A DNA stretch of 64,000 nt from assembly GCA_000165345.1 (NCBI GenBank), contig CM000433.1:960001-1024000 (forward strand). Direction: 5' to 3'. Below the pieces are notes generated by a model, which ran no database searches, was not told the origin of the DNA, and worked only from the letters and a program-made list of their open reading frames with translations. Below are positions 42,542-53,714 of the stretch, one piece after another. Each line of letters starts with the position of its first letter. Positions within the stretch are counted from its first letter, which is position 1. A program made the position numbers and the translations under genes.

Positions 42542-44974
42542 ATGAGCGCATCTGAAGTAAAGGATACTAGACTTTCTTTGATTACGGCTTTTCATGGAGC
42601 TTGGTTTTGTAAAGAAGCTACAATAACTAAAGTTGGAAGCCAGATAATCTCATTCTGCAAGGGGTATCGATCAATTGGTGAACGTAGAGTTCCTTTTAAC
42701 TTCACCTTGTCTCATAATACTTCAGGACTAATTCACGATATTGATGGCCCATTAGACGATAGGTCTGATCCTAGTACAACGGGATATCCTTTGCTAGAAT
42801 TCTATAAATCAAATTACTTTTTCTCATTATACGAGGATATTGACTACCAGACAAGACAAACCACTGGTGCAAGATTAGTAGTCTACTCGTTAAATGCATC
42901 ATCTTTAACACCTTTTAGTGCATCTTCTAACTTTGATACTTGTACAAATTTGCTCCATGATAAGATTCTAAAGGTTAATTCTGATGGTACCTTTGATGTT
43001 GGACTCACATGGAAAAATGCCTATTACATAGCAGAACCAAAAGTTAAGCGTCCAAAGTGGACAGATAAAATGAAAAATCCATTTTCTGAAAGACAATGGA
43101 GCGTCACTGATTATGGAAATCAGAATCTCTATGTACCTGACTGGGGAGAAAATCTTTCAGAATTTAAGAATCCGCGTGTATATGCTTGGAGCTTTGACAT
43201 GCCAAATTCGATTAATTCTGAACCATTTGAGCTTAATTTCAGTTTTCGTGAGACACATTCTGTCTTTTCATTAAGACTACTTCCAAACGAAATGGCTATG
43301 GTTGTTAATGCTTTTGAAAATGAGCCTTTGAAACTTGGTTACTCTTTTTGTTTTGGCCGTCCATCTAAGGCTATTCTATGTAATTTGGCTCCTTCAGAAC
43401 CTATTGGTTCATATAATCTTAAAACTATTTCAGAAATTATTCTTACTCCTCCTGATGAATTTGTTAGAGGAATACAAATTATTGTTACATCATGTTCTCC
43501 ACTAGTTTCTAAATGCACTTTATTATACTTTTCTATGCCTTCTAATCAGCTGAATGAACCTCACTGGTCCTCCTTACAACTTTGTGCTCAAGATCTTGTA
43601 TTGAATGGACTCTCTTGGTCTCCAGAAGGAGAAAGAAGAATTTGTGTGTCTACTCAAGCAGATCCTGCTCCAGCAAATGACCCTCTCAAATTTGAAGGTT
43701 TCTCTGGACTATTTGGTACATCTAACTACGCTCTTATTCCTTTAAATGGTTCAAACTGGGTATTCACTTCTACTTATGTTGGAAGTAAATTAGTACCTGT
43801 TGCAATTAATATTATTACAGGACAAGTTTGCAGAATTAAACTTGTCGTAAGTGATGAGTCATTGTATGAGGGTGATCTAGAAGTTTTTTCTGTAAGCTTT
43901 GGACCTAATGATTCTTCAGTTTATGCAACTCTTAATCTATCTTCACCTACTATGCCATCTTTGGTCATGATTGTACAAATGTGCCTAAATCCAGTACGTA
44001 ATATTATTCACGCTCAAATCGTCAAATCTGTGAGCTCTTTTGGAAAGAATTCTAATGCTTTTGCTTCATCTCTTGTAAAAAAAATTCCACAATCTCCATT
44101 GTTTAATAACACATTCAATCTTGCAAAAGTCTTGGACAATATTGAATTCTTCACTTTTAAGGACAAACATTTAGTTATTAGAAGTAAGGACCTATCTAAA
44201 TGTTCTCCTGACCTCAAAAAAAGTCCGCTTTTTCTATTTCTTCATGGAGGTCCACACTCAGTAACAACCACAAACTACAACTTTTTCCTTGTTTTCCTAG
44301 TAAGTATCGGATATACAGTACTTGCTCCAAATTATACTGGATCTATTGGTTTTGGAGACAATTATACCAAATCACTTATTGGACATTGTTTTGAAACAGA
44401 TGTTAATGAGATTATGTCTCTATCAGATAATATTAGAAGCGTTAAAGAACTGAATTTGGATCCAAACAAATGTTTTGCTTATGGTGGATCATATGGAGGA
44501 GCTTTAATTTTCTCATTAGTCACACATCATCCCAATTTTCTTACATGTGCTGTATCTAGTAATGGATTTACTAATGCGATATCTTTTATTGGAACTACTG
44601 ATATTCCAGATTACGTATTTTCTGAGTTTATTCCTGAGACTTCAGTACCAGATAAGAAAAGAATTACAATTCTTAGAGATACAGATACTTTAGTTAAGCT
44701 TCATACGAATTCGCCAATATCTATGGTAGATAAGGTTGTTACTCCATTATTAATAGCTGTTGGAGGTAAAGATAAAAGGGTACCAGCATCACAATCTATT
44801 GAATTTTATAAAGCTTTGAAGCAGCTTGGTAAGAGCGAGGTTAAAATGCTTTACTATCCTGACTCAGGCCACTCAATTAGTAGGTCAAAAGAACCATTAG
44901 ACTTATTCTTGAATTTAGCGAATTGGTTTGGTCTTCATTCTGGAATTCCTTTCGTTTTTACCGGAGATTTATAA
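42542..44974 (+). CDS. Prolyl oligopeptidase-family (S9) serine peptidase, acylaminoacyl-peptidase/DPP-like
   Basis: C-terminal alpha/beta hydrolase region with nucleophile elbow YGGSYGGAL. The order of the downstream Asp and His blocks (GGKDKRVP, PDSGHS) fits S9. N-terminal beta-propeller-like region. Confidence 0.6.
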   Translation: MSASEVKDTRLSLITAFHGAWFCKEATITKVGSQIISFCKGYRSIGERRVPFNFTLSHNTSGLIHDIDGPLDDRSDPSTTGYPLLEFYKSNYFFSLYEDIDYQTRQTTGARLVVYSLNASSLTPFSASSNFDTCTNLLHDKILKVNSDGTFDVGLTWKNAYYIAEPKVKRPKWTDKMKNPFSERQWSVTDYGNQNLYVPDWGENLSEFKNPRVYAWSFDMPNSINSEPFELNFSFRETHSVFSLRLLPNEMAMVVNAFENEPLKLGYSFCFGRPSKAILCNLAPSEPIGSYNLKTISEIILTPPDEFVRGIQIIVTSCSPLVSKCTLLYFSMPSNQLNEPHWSSLQLCAQDLVLNGLSWSPEGERRICVSTQADPAPANDPLKFEGFSGLFGTSNYALIPLNGSNWVFTSTYVGSKLVPVAINIITGQVCRIKLVVSDESLYEGDLEVFSVSFGPNDSSVYATLNLSSPTMPSLVMIVQMCLNPVRNIIHAQIVKSVSSFGKNSNAFASSLVKKIPQSPLFNNTFNLAKVLDNIEFFTFKDKHLVIRSKDLSKCSPDLKKSPLFLFLHGGPHSVTTTNYNFFLVFLVSIGYTVLAPNYTGSIGFGDNYTKSLIGHCFETDVNEIMSLSDNIRSVKELNLDPNKCFAYGGSYGGALIFSLVTHHPNFLTCAVSSNGFTNAISFIGTTDIPDYVFSEFIPETSVPDKKRITILRDTDTLVKLHTNSPISMVDKVVTPLLIAVGGKDKRVPASQSIEFYKALKQLGKSEVKMLYYPDSGHSISRSKEPLDLFLNLANWFGLHSGIPFVFTGDL

Positions 44975-45315
44975 AAATACAAGATTTTTAAATATACTGG
45001 AATGTTTTTTTCAGAACGAATTTACTTTTGGAGTGTAAAAATGCAAGAGAATTCAAACCCGAGATTTATACTTAAATAATTAGAATGATCTAATAAAAAT
45101 AAGTTGACTTTATATTAAACAAATATTTCTATTGAGTAAAAAAGAAATCTAAAGTATTTCAGGTGTTTTTTTAAAATAATTATATACTTTATAATTCCAT
45201 CTTGAAGGTATTTGTTCTAAATAAGGCTATAATTTAGAGTGATTGAATGATAAACATTGGCATTAACAAAAATCCAAATGCATTTTCTTTTTTTTCCTAT
45301 TTTAACATTGAGCGA

Positions 45316-45801
45316 TTAAAACAAAGGAAAACAATGAATTTCTGAAAATTCATCTCCAACTTGCCAAAGGTAATTAAAATAATTGTTAATAATGTGGTTA
45401 TTGTTATATTTGTTTTGACTGAAATTAGAGAGTGTCTTATTATTAATGTTGTTTGTTTTGGAACTTGTTTTTGGATATTTTTTTTTCTTAATTCTTTGTT
45501 GAAAGATTTCAGTCATTGAAGGATATACTGGATCGAAGATTTCAAAATGTTCTTGGTCAATGACATATAAACTACTTTGAAGAGGATCTAGGACTTTTTT
45601 AATCTTTTTTGTATTGTTTTGATAGTTTGATTTTTTTTTTGTTGTTTTCAATTCTTGTTCAAAGTGATTAGAGTCACTATTTATTGTTGAGATTGTATTA
45701 TTAAAGTCATTTGATTTAATGTCAAATAACTTTACCATTTCTTTAACAGAATGATTAGGCTTTGGATAGTTAAGAGTACCTTCGAATTGCATGTTGAACA
45801 T
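45316..45801 (-). CDS. Small hypothetical Asn/Lys-rich protein, 161 aa
   Basis: ORF only. Followed by a 1.3 kb ORF-free region. Confidence 0.35.
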   Translation of the reverse strand: MFNMQFEGTLNYPKPNHSVKEMVKLFDIKSNDFNNTISTINSDSNHFEQELKTTKKKSNYQNNTKKIKKVLDPLQSSLYVIDQEHFEIFDPVYPSMTEIFQQRIKKKKYPKTSSKTNNINNKTLSNFSQNKYNNNHIINNYFNYLWQVGDEFSEIHCFPLF

Positions 45802-47133
45802 TTAAACTTTAAGAATATTTATTATATTTTTTTTCTTCTCTTTAAATTGATACAAAAGTCAATAAAGTGATAAAATGGAAGAATATATCAAGAATGGAAA
45901 TATCGTAATTTTAAGAAGCGCATAAAAGTCATTATTTGAATACATTTTTTTTGCATTTCATGAATTTTTAACAATTTTCCCTCAATAACAATTTGAGTAT
46001 ATGCAGTTGATTAATTTTCGATTACGAAAAAATACGAGTTAATAAACGGAGGGAAAAGAAAAGTAAAAATGGGAATAATTGAAAATTTGTCCCACAAAGT
46101 TTAACATGTACGAATAATCCACATGAAAATTACTTAATAAATTATATGAATTAAAAACTTTTAGTAGAAATAAAATTTATTATAAAAGTTGAAAATGTGT
46201 TTAATAAATATTATAGAAAGAATTAACAAGATTTCTTGAGAAGCTTTAATAAGAAGTGAAATAGGGAATTATGTTTTAGGGGGTTTGATATATTTATTTA
46301 TTTTAATGATAAGATTTAGTAGAAAAATGAGAAAAAAAAAATCAAATATGTAGAAGCAACAATTATTAATATTTGGATGAGGTGATGATTGGGGGAAAAA
46401 AATCATCTAATTTACAAACTCATATTGATGAATCTTTTAATTAATCATTATTAGTATTTTTTAGAAGTGCATTTATTAAATTATTTGCATACGTGTATTA
46501 GCGTTATTAAGTACCGGCAAGTGGGGCTTCCACATAAGTGCATGTTTTGGGCGCCAAATGCATGTAAGTACATTTTGACGGTGCAATAGAAAATAGAATC
46601 AAAATAGGTTCCACTCAAATTCGAGATTTTTTTTAATTTATAAACAAAGGTGGGAAATAAAAGAAGTCATGTATAAGGTTATATATATTTACAGGTGAAA
46701 TATAATAAATTATTAATACATTAGGTAATGCTAGAAAAAAGTATTAAAAAATTGTAAAATGCCAAAAAAAATTGGTGGAGAGACTGAAATATTAAGGCTA
46801 AAAGAAAGGAGAGTAATATAAATAATAAATAAAAAAGATTAAAAACAATAATAGAAGTAATAATAATATTTGAAGAAAAAATTTGGTTGAGGAATATAAT
46901 TAAAAGAAAGAAAGTGATTGGAAGGAGATAATCTCTAATTAATTTTGGAGATTATTATTTTAATTATTACTATTGTTATTTATTTTCTTCCAAGCTTGTT
47001 AACAAAAAAAGTTAATATTAAATTGGAATGGAAATTAGGATTAATAAAATATTAGAACAGAGAAGAAAGAATAATGTAATAATAGGAAATAAAAGTAAGA
47101 AAGTTTTATCAATTACTAGAAAGGATTAAAAGA

Positions 47134-49524
47134 ATGAAAAACTTTTCGAAAGAAGAGACACGAAAACCTTTTACAAATAGACAAGTTATTGATATTAAGT
47201 CGAGGCATGATCAGAGTGGAAGACATTTAAAGACAAATGGAGAATTTGGATATGAAAGTGGGATTTGGTCAAAATTTGTTGGATTAATGAAGAACTCACT
47301 AAATATTTCAATTTTAAACAGACCTTCAAATCAATTGAATAAAGTTATGGATAATACGAGTTCAAAAAACCATTTGAAAGAAATAATAATGAAGAAGAGT
47401 ACGGAGAAATTTAACGATAAATCAGCAAAGTTAGGAATTGGATTAAGAGAACAGAAAGAAGTTAATATTGGGATTAAATCAAAGGGGGAAAAGAGCCCAG
47501 TTTCGCCAAAAAGTACAAAGATATCACCCAGTTTATCTCCCGTTGTTTCTTTCCCCTACTCAACTTCTTCTCCATCATCTTCTTCTTCCTCATCATTTTC
47601 ATCTCCTTCAAGTTTGAATGAAAATATTGGAATTTCTTTTGCAGAACAAATATTGAATTTTAATTCAAGTGAATATTCCAAGGTTATTAATGGTCAAGCT
47701 CCTGTTACTCCAACAACATTAGATGGAAGTTCAACAACAACGTCTCCAACATTTACAAATTTACGTTTTTCAAGTCCTTCAAATAATAATGGATCTGCAA
47801 AATATAATGAAACTCCAAATAGTAAGGAATTTGATTCTTCAACTTTAAAAGAAGAATATTTTTCAAATAAAAAGAATCATGCAGTGGATTTTTCTGCAGA
47901 TGATAATCATCTAAATTACATAATGGAAAGAATAAATCAAAGTGGCTTAGTAGAATCCAATGATAAGTCTGTTGCAAAATTAGATATTCCTTTATTAAAT
48001 CAATATATCTCACAAGACTTAATTGCAGAAGTAGGCAGTTGCTTGGAAGAAAATAATAAAAGGATATCAAGTAACAAATATACTTTATTAGGTAGAGGAT
48101 TGAGTAATTTACCAAAACATTCATCCACAGTATCTTATTCTCCATCTTCTTTATCATCAGGAAAAAACGACAAAGTTTGTTATACCTGGAAAGAGGCAAA
48201 ACAACTCATAAGTAAATTAAAGAGTTCAACAAAACTGTATAAATTTAATGGGGTCCCATTTTCTGATTGGGCTCACGAGAAAATACCAACTTTGGGTGCT
48301 TCCCCAACAAGTTGTAGGGTTCAGGAAATGTTCAAATCTAGAATTTATTTGGAAAAAAATAATGAAGTTTATGCTACTTTATTTATAAAAAAGATACCAA
48401 GAAATATTTGGTCTAAACAATGGGAAATGCATGAGATTTGGGATGGTGATTATGTTACTGATGGGGAAGACTTTGTGATGGAGGCTGCAGCTCTAGCTTT
48501 TCTGCAAAATCATAGTGTTGGAATTGCTCCAAGACTATATGCTATTCTGGAACATTGTGAAGATAATTGTAATGATATTAATAGTAATAAAGAAAGTAAA
48601 ATTCAATACAGAAATATCGCAAATAGAAATGCTTGCGATTATTTACTATCTAAAGATACTACACATATAATATTAGTTTCAGAACATTATGGTGAAGACT
48701 TATTGGATTATTTGGATAAATGTGAAAAAAAAAATAGAAATCTAACAGATAAAGAGAAAAAGGAATTACAATATAAATTGGCATTAGCATTAAATAATCT
48801 TCATTCAAAAGGATTATGCCACCTTGATTTCACTCCTGAAAATATTTTAATTGGCCCAAATGGTATCAATATTTGTGATTTTGCAAAATCTACTCCAATT
48901 ATTACCAAAAATCCTAGACATACTCATTATTCAAGAAAAAGTCCAAAAAATCATTTATCTGAAAATTTTAATTCTAATAATACTAGCTTTAACTTTATCA
49001 ATCCGCCTCCTGAAGCTTATTGTGAGTTTGAAAGTTGTGAACCGACTGTTGGAAAAGGAGCTTATATGCCACCAGAATGTTGGAAGATCTTTTGGAGATT
49101 AGAGGAAAATAAAATTCAATTTCCACTTGAAGAATTAATGGATATTGATACATATAATAGAAGAAGCAATTATTCATATTTTAATGAATTCTCCAGAATT
49201 CATAATAAAAGTCCAATTAAATGCCAAGATAGATCTATGTTTTATTTTAATACAAGGATTGCTGATATATATATGCTTGGTATTATAATGTTTTGGATCT
49301 GGTCAGATGGTGGAATTTGGAAATATTCCGATACCAGACAAGATCATAGGTATCAGAATTTGGTATTTTCTGATATTAATTTTGATGTATTTCGTGAATG
49401 CAGAGGTTGGAACAAACAATTAAAATCATTATTAAAAAAAATGTTGGAGCCTGATCCAAATAAAAGGATCACAATGAGCGAAATTTTATCCGATCCATGG
49501 TGGAAATGCCCCTTAGATGAGTAG
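47134..49524 (+). CDS. Serine/threonine protein kinase (C-terminal kinase domain, Ser-rich N-terminal half)
   Basis: Catalytic loop CHLDFTPENILIG. Activation segment ICDFAKS...YMPPECW. Subdomain XI-like ITMSEILSDPWW. Confidence 0.7.
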   Translation: MKNFSKEETRKPFTNRQVIDIKSRHDQSGRHLKTNGEFGYESGIWSKFVGLMKNSLNISILNRPSNQLNKVMDNTSSKNHLKEIIMKKSTEKFNDKSAKLGIGLREQKEVNIGIKSKGEKSPVSPKSTKISPSLSPVVSFPYSTSSPSSSSSSSFSSPSSLNENIGISFAEQILNFNSSEYSKVINGQAPVTPTTLDGSSTTTSPTFTNLRFSSPSNNNGSAKYNETPNSKEFDSSTLKEEYFSNKKNHAVDFSADDNHLNYIMERINQSGLVESNDKSVAKLDIPLLNQYISQDLIAEVGSCLEENNKRISSNKYTLLGRGLSNLPKHSSTVSYSPSSLSSGKNDKVCYTWKEAKQLISKLKSSTKLYKFNGVPFSDWAHEKIPTLGASPTSCRVQEMFKSRIYLEKNNEVYATLFIKKIPRNIWSKQWEMHEIWDGDYVTDGEDFVMEAAALAFLQNHSVGIAPRLYAILEHCEDNCNDINSNKESKIQYRNIANRNACDYLLSKDTTHIILVSEHYGEDLLDYLDKCEKKNRNLTDKEKKELQYKLALALNNLHSKGLCHLDFTPENILIGPNGINICDFAKSTPIITKNPRHTHYSRKSPKNHLSENFNSNNTSFNFINPPPEAYCEFESCEPTVGKGAYMPPECWKIFWRLEENKIQFPLEELMDIDTYNRRSNYSYFNEFSRIHNKSPIKCQDRSMFYFNTRIADIYMLGIIMFWIWSDGGIWKYSDTRQDHRYQNLVFSDINFDVFRECRGWNKQLKSLLKKMLEPDPNKRITMSEILSDPWWKCPLDE

Positions 49525-50187
49525 AAATAATCACTCACAATTATCATCAAATTTTGTGTTTTGGTCATCTATTAATTATTTCTAAATTAATTTTAATGGG
49601 TAACTAAATGTAAAAATAAGACTAATCTAATGCAGCCAATCAAGAAATATTCATTCGTGCTTAAATTTTATATTGGTCAATCTTAAAAATGTGATAATTT
49701 TACTATTGTTAATGAAATATTAATTTATAATTATAGAGATTTTCATTATGGCTTTATATACTAATGCTTCAAGTAAGATATTAATTATGTAAATGCATGT
49801 AGAGCAGCAATTCATATGGAAATTTCATGTTTTATTGAAAATAATGTTTTTGAGAAAAAGTATTAATGCAGTTTTAAGCTTCTTCATAATGGCTATGGTT
49901 AGAAATTATTTTATTATTCAAATTAGAGATGGCGGGTTCATTATAAATAATACCGGGTACCTAATATTCTGAATCATTTTAATAAATATAACTAATGCTT
50001 TCCTTTTTATAAAAAAAAGAAGAGAAAGAATTTAATATTAAGTAAAATAATTTAAAAGTACAATATAAATAAAAAAGTTGAATTTGAATTTGACTTGAAA
50101 TAAATAAAAGTAAGAGCTTAGAGGATCATTTGGAAAAGTGCATTGATTTTTAAGAGAATTACTAATAGACTGGGTAATAAGTAAATA

Positions 50188-52038
50188 ATGGAAAATCCAC
50201 AAAATATTGTCAAACATGCATTCAATGAAGCTATTAAGAACTTGTTTCCAGAGTTTGATAAAGAAGCAATAATTGCAATATCAAATCCAAACTTTGGAGA
50301 TTATCAGTGTAATAGTTGTATGACCATTTTCTCGCAATTTAAAGGTAAATTAGAAGGAATAAAAAGCCCACGAGACATTGGAATGAAGATTAAAGATTAT
50401 ATTGAGAAAAATGGTGATTTGTCAATAAATTTTAAATCCATAGAAGTTGCACCACAAGGATTTATTACAATAAAGTTATCAGATGAATTTATTCAAAATA
50501 ATTTATCTAAATTACAAGAAATGGATGAGGTAAAAGTAACTCCAACAATGAAATTCCACTGCAAAAGTGGAAGAAAAACTCCAAAAGTAATTGTAGATTT
50601 CTCATCACCAAACATTGCCAAAGAAATGCATGTTGGACACTTAAGATCTACAATTATTGGTGATACAACATGTAGAATTCTTGAATATTTAGGATTTGAA
50701 GTATTAAGAGTTAATCACGTTGGAGATTGGGGTACTCAATTTGGCATGCTTATTGAATATTTAAAGGAAGAATATCCCACTTTTGTTGAGAATTTACCAG
50801 AAATATCAGATTTACAAGAATTCTATAAGAACTCAAAGAAAAGGTTTGATACTGATCCACAATTTAAGTTAAGGAGCCAACAGAATGTTGTTATGTTACA
50901 AGGGGGTGATCAAGATGCTTTGACTGCTTGGAAAAAGATTTGTGAGGTTAGCCGAGTTGAATTTCAGAAAATTTACGATCGACTTGGAATTCGTCTTGAG
51001 GAATTTGGTGAAAGTTATTATAATGATATGATCCCTGGGGTTGTTAAAATGTTGGATGAAAAGGGTATTCTTAAGCTTGATAATGGAGCTCAGTGTGTTT
51101 ATACTAAAATTAATGAAATACCTTTAATGGCTGTTAAAAGTGATGGAGGATATGGATATGATTCAACAGATTTAGCTGCAATTCACCATAGATTAATCAC
51201 TTTAGATGCTGATTGGGTTATCTACACTACTGATATGGGCCAAGAAGAACATTTTATGAAACTTTTCGACGTTGCTGAAACTATGGGATGGCATGATCCT
51301 TCTAATACAAGACTATTTTTCATTGGATTTGGAGTTATTCAAGGAGAAGATGGAAAAAAGTTTAAAACAAGAAGTGGTGATGTTGTCAAATTAACTGAAC
51401 TTATTGACGAAGGTGTTGCTAGAGCAAAGAAAGAATTAGTTGACAGAAGAAATCAAAGAAGATCTGATCAAACAAATAAATCAAATACAGATGTTGAAGT
51501 TGATCATCCAAATATTGATGATTCTGACTTGGATTTAATGGCAAATACTATTGGTCATGCAGCTATTAAGTACTTTGATTTGAAGCAAAATAGACTTACT
51601 AATTACAGATTTTCATTTGATCGAATGTTGGATCCAAAAGGTAATACTGCAGTTTATTTACTATATGCATATGCAAGAATTTGTGCAATCTTTAGAAAAG
51701 TTGAATTCATTCAATCTGATAATAGTATGGTAATTAAACAGAAAGTTTCAAACTTTAAGCTTAAGATTTCTAATAATGTTGAACGAAAATTGTCTATTCA
51801 GTTACTCAGATTCCCTGAAGTTTTTGATGGAATTTTGAATGATTTCTTCCCCAATAGACTTGCTGATTATTGTTATGAATTATCCGAGTGTTTTGCACAA
51901 TTTTATACTGAATGCAGAATTATTGGATTAGAAGAACAGCAACTTGAACAAAGTAGGCTTTTACTTTGTTTCTTAACAAAACAAATTCTTTTAAAAGGAC
52001 TTGATTTATTGGGAGTTGAAACTTTGGAGAAGATTTAA
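50188..52038 (+). CDS. RARS: Arginyl-tRNA synthetase (class I)
   Basis: N-terminal Arg-tRNA-binding domain. HIGH-region PNIAKEMHVGHLRSTIIGD. GDWGTQFGMLI. DALR anticodon-binding C-terminal domain. Confidence 0.9.
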   Translation: MENPQNIVKHAFNEAIKNLFPEFDKEAIIAISNPNFGDYQCNSCMTIFSQFKGKLEGIKSPRDIGMKIKDYIEKNGDLSINFKSIEVAPQGFITIKLSDEFIQNNLSKLQEMDEVKVTPTMKFHCKSGRKTPKVIVDFSSPNIAKEMHVGHLRSTIIGDTTCRILEYLGFEVLRVNHVGDWGTQFGMLIEYLKEEYPTFVENLPEISDLQEFYKNSKKRFDTDPQFKLRSQQNVVMLQGGDQDALTAWKKICEVSRVEFQKIYDRLGIRLEEFGESYYNDMIPGVVKMLDEKGILKLDNGAQCVYTKINEIPLMAVKSDGGYGYDSTDLAAIHHRLITLDADWVIYTTDMGQEEHFMKLFDVAETMGWHDPSNTRLFFIGFGVIQGEDGKKFKTRSGDVVKLTELIDEGVARAKKELVDRRNQRRSDQTNKSNTDVEVDHPNIDDSDLDLMANTIGHAAIKYFDLKQNRLTNYRFSFDRMLDPKGNTAVYLLYAYARICAIFRKVEFIQSDNSMVIKQKVSNFKLKISNNVERKLSIQLLRFPEVFDGILNDFFPNRLADYCYELSECFAQFYTECRIIGLEEQQLEQSRLLLCFLTKQILLKGLDLLGVETLEKI

Positions 52039-52276
52039 AAAAAAAGAGGAAAGAAAAACAATGAAATAATTTAATCCAATTTAAACTGCTAGTGAATTTA
52101 TTACACAGCAATTCAACTCTTTTTTAATATCAAATAAGATAATTATAACTAAATTGGAAAATTTTATCTTAATTGTAAATATTTCAAAGTCTAAGGTTAT
52201 ATATTCGTACAAACAAGTAATCGCATTAAACATATATAAAATTAGGTATCTTTATTTCAAAACCCAACCAAACTTT

Positions 52277-53236
52277 TTAATCAGAATCTGAAAAGATAAC
52301 ATGACTATTTGATGGCTTAATCTTTGTCTTTGTTTCTGATTCAGATATTGGGTAGTTGTTAGAGTTTGATTTGTCTTTGTATTTATCTTTGTATTTATCT
52401 TTGTCTTTCTTAACATTTATCTTATTAGAGCTTTTCTTTGTATTACTACTGTTTCTTGTTTGATTGCCTCCAATCATATATTCAATCTTTTTTATTGGTC
52501 TTTTTAAAGTATCATGTTCCTTATTCAGATTCTGATCGCATTCTAAATCATCACTATCATCCTGAGCAAGAAATGAATCTTTCAATGACAAATTATTAAT
52601 TTCTGAAGTCTTAATCTTCTTTCTTCTAAGCTCTTCCTTAAGTTCTTGAACATCATTAATATATTCTTCTCTTCTTTTAATCATCTCAGAATCTAATTCT
52701 GTATTTGAAAATAAAGGAATATATTTCCTTTCTTTAAAAAATGGAAGTAATCTTATGTAATCTTCATATCTTTTATAAACTAATATTTTTGATTTAATTT
52801 TCAAAATTTTATCTCTAACTGTATCATTTTCTGAAAAACTTAAATCCAAACATTCTTTAGGATTTCCCTCTGCATTATCAATATCACTATTATTTTCATC
52901 TTGTTGTATTTCTTCTTCAATTTCATTATTTCTTAATATTTCTACCAAGTCCTTTTGGAGTTGATTAATTTTCCTTTTAACTTTAACAAGTTCAACAAAT
53001 CTCATAGTCTTTTGCTTATTCTTCTTATATTGAAGATATTTATTAAGCTTCTTCTTATATGAGCTATTATTCTTGGAGATTGTATCTTTTAAAACTTTTG
53101 CTTCCTCTTCTAATTCAATCTTCTTTTCTTCAGAAATTTGAAATTTCTTATTTTCCAATAATCTTTTAATATCTCTGATTCTTTGACCTGCACTTCTGGC
53201 CTTTTTAGCTTTATTTTCTTTATTAGATTCACTCAT
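52277..53236 (-). CDS. Lys-rich coiled-coil nucleolar-type protein, possibly rRNA-processing protein Efg1-like (DUF2361)
   Basis: N-terminal KKARSAGQRIRDIKRLL and a later MRFVELVKVKRKI. These resemble the Efg1 blocks IKKQIRDVERLL and MVRFFEKKKAMRK. Weak evidence. Confidence 0.3.
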   Translation of the reverse strand: MSESNKENKAKKARSAGQRIRDIKRLLENKKFQISEEKKIELEEEAKVLKDTISKNNSSYKKKLNKYLQYKKNKQKTMRFVELVKVKRKINQLQKDLVEILRNNEIEEEIQQDENNSDIDNAEGNPKECLDLSFSENDTVRDKILKIKSKILVYKRYEDYIRLLPFFKERKYIPLFSNTELDSEMIKRREEYINDVQELKEELRRKKIKTSEINNLSLKDSFLAQDDSDDLECDQNLNKEHDTLKRPIKKIEYMIGGNQTRNSSNTKKSSNKINVKKDKDKYKDKYKDKSNSNNYPISESETKTKIKPSNSHVIFSDSD

Positions 53237-53714
53237 TTTTTTTTTTGTAATTCTTATGAATTTTATAGAATTTCACTCTGTTAATAAATCTCAAAAAGAT
53301 ATTTTTATTATTTAGAAAAACATAAAATAAATTTATCCTATATTCCACTTGGTTTATTATTCAAGCTTAAAGTAACCTCTAATAAGCCAATTATATTGTA
53401 TTGTATTATCTTTTATATAGGTAATGTGAAAGATTAATAATATTGACTTTTTTGAAATAAAATTAAAATATATATTTCCAAGTTAAACTCCAGCTACCAA
53501 GTCCTCCAACTTCTAATCTTCTAAAAGTTTCTCTCTCAAAATTTGAAAATCTTTTTTTTCTTTTCTTCCTTTTTAGTTTATTTTTGACATTTTAATTATA
53601 AATAATTTCCCAGAAGCCCGCCCAAACTGAAAAATGCTATACCGGTGACAACTAATAATTTTTTTTTTGTGGAAAACAGATCAAAATTGACCAAAAATTT
53701 AGGAAAAATAAAAT

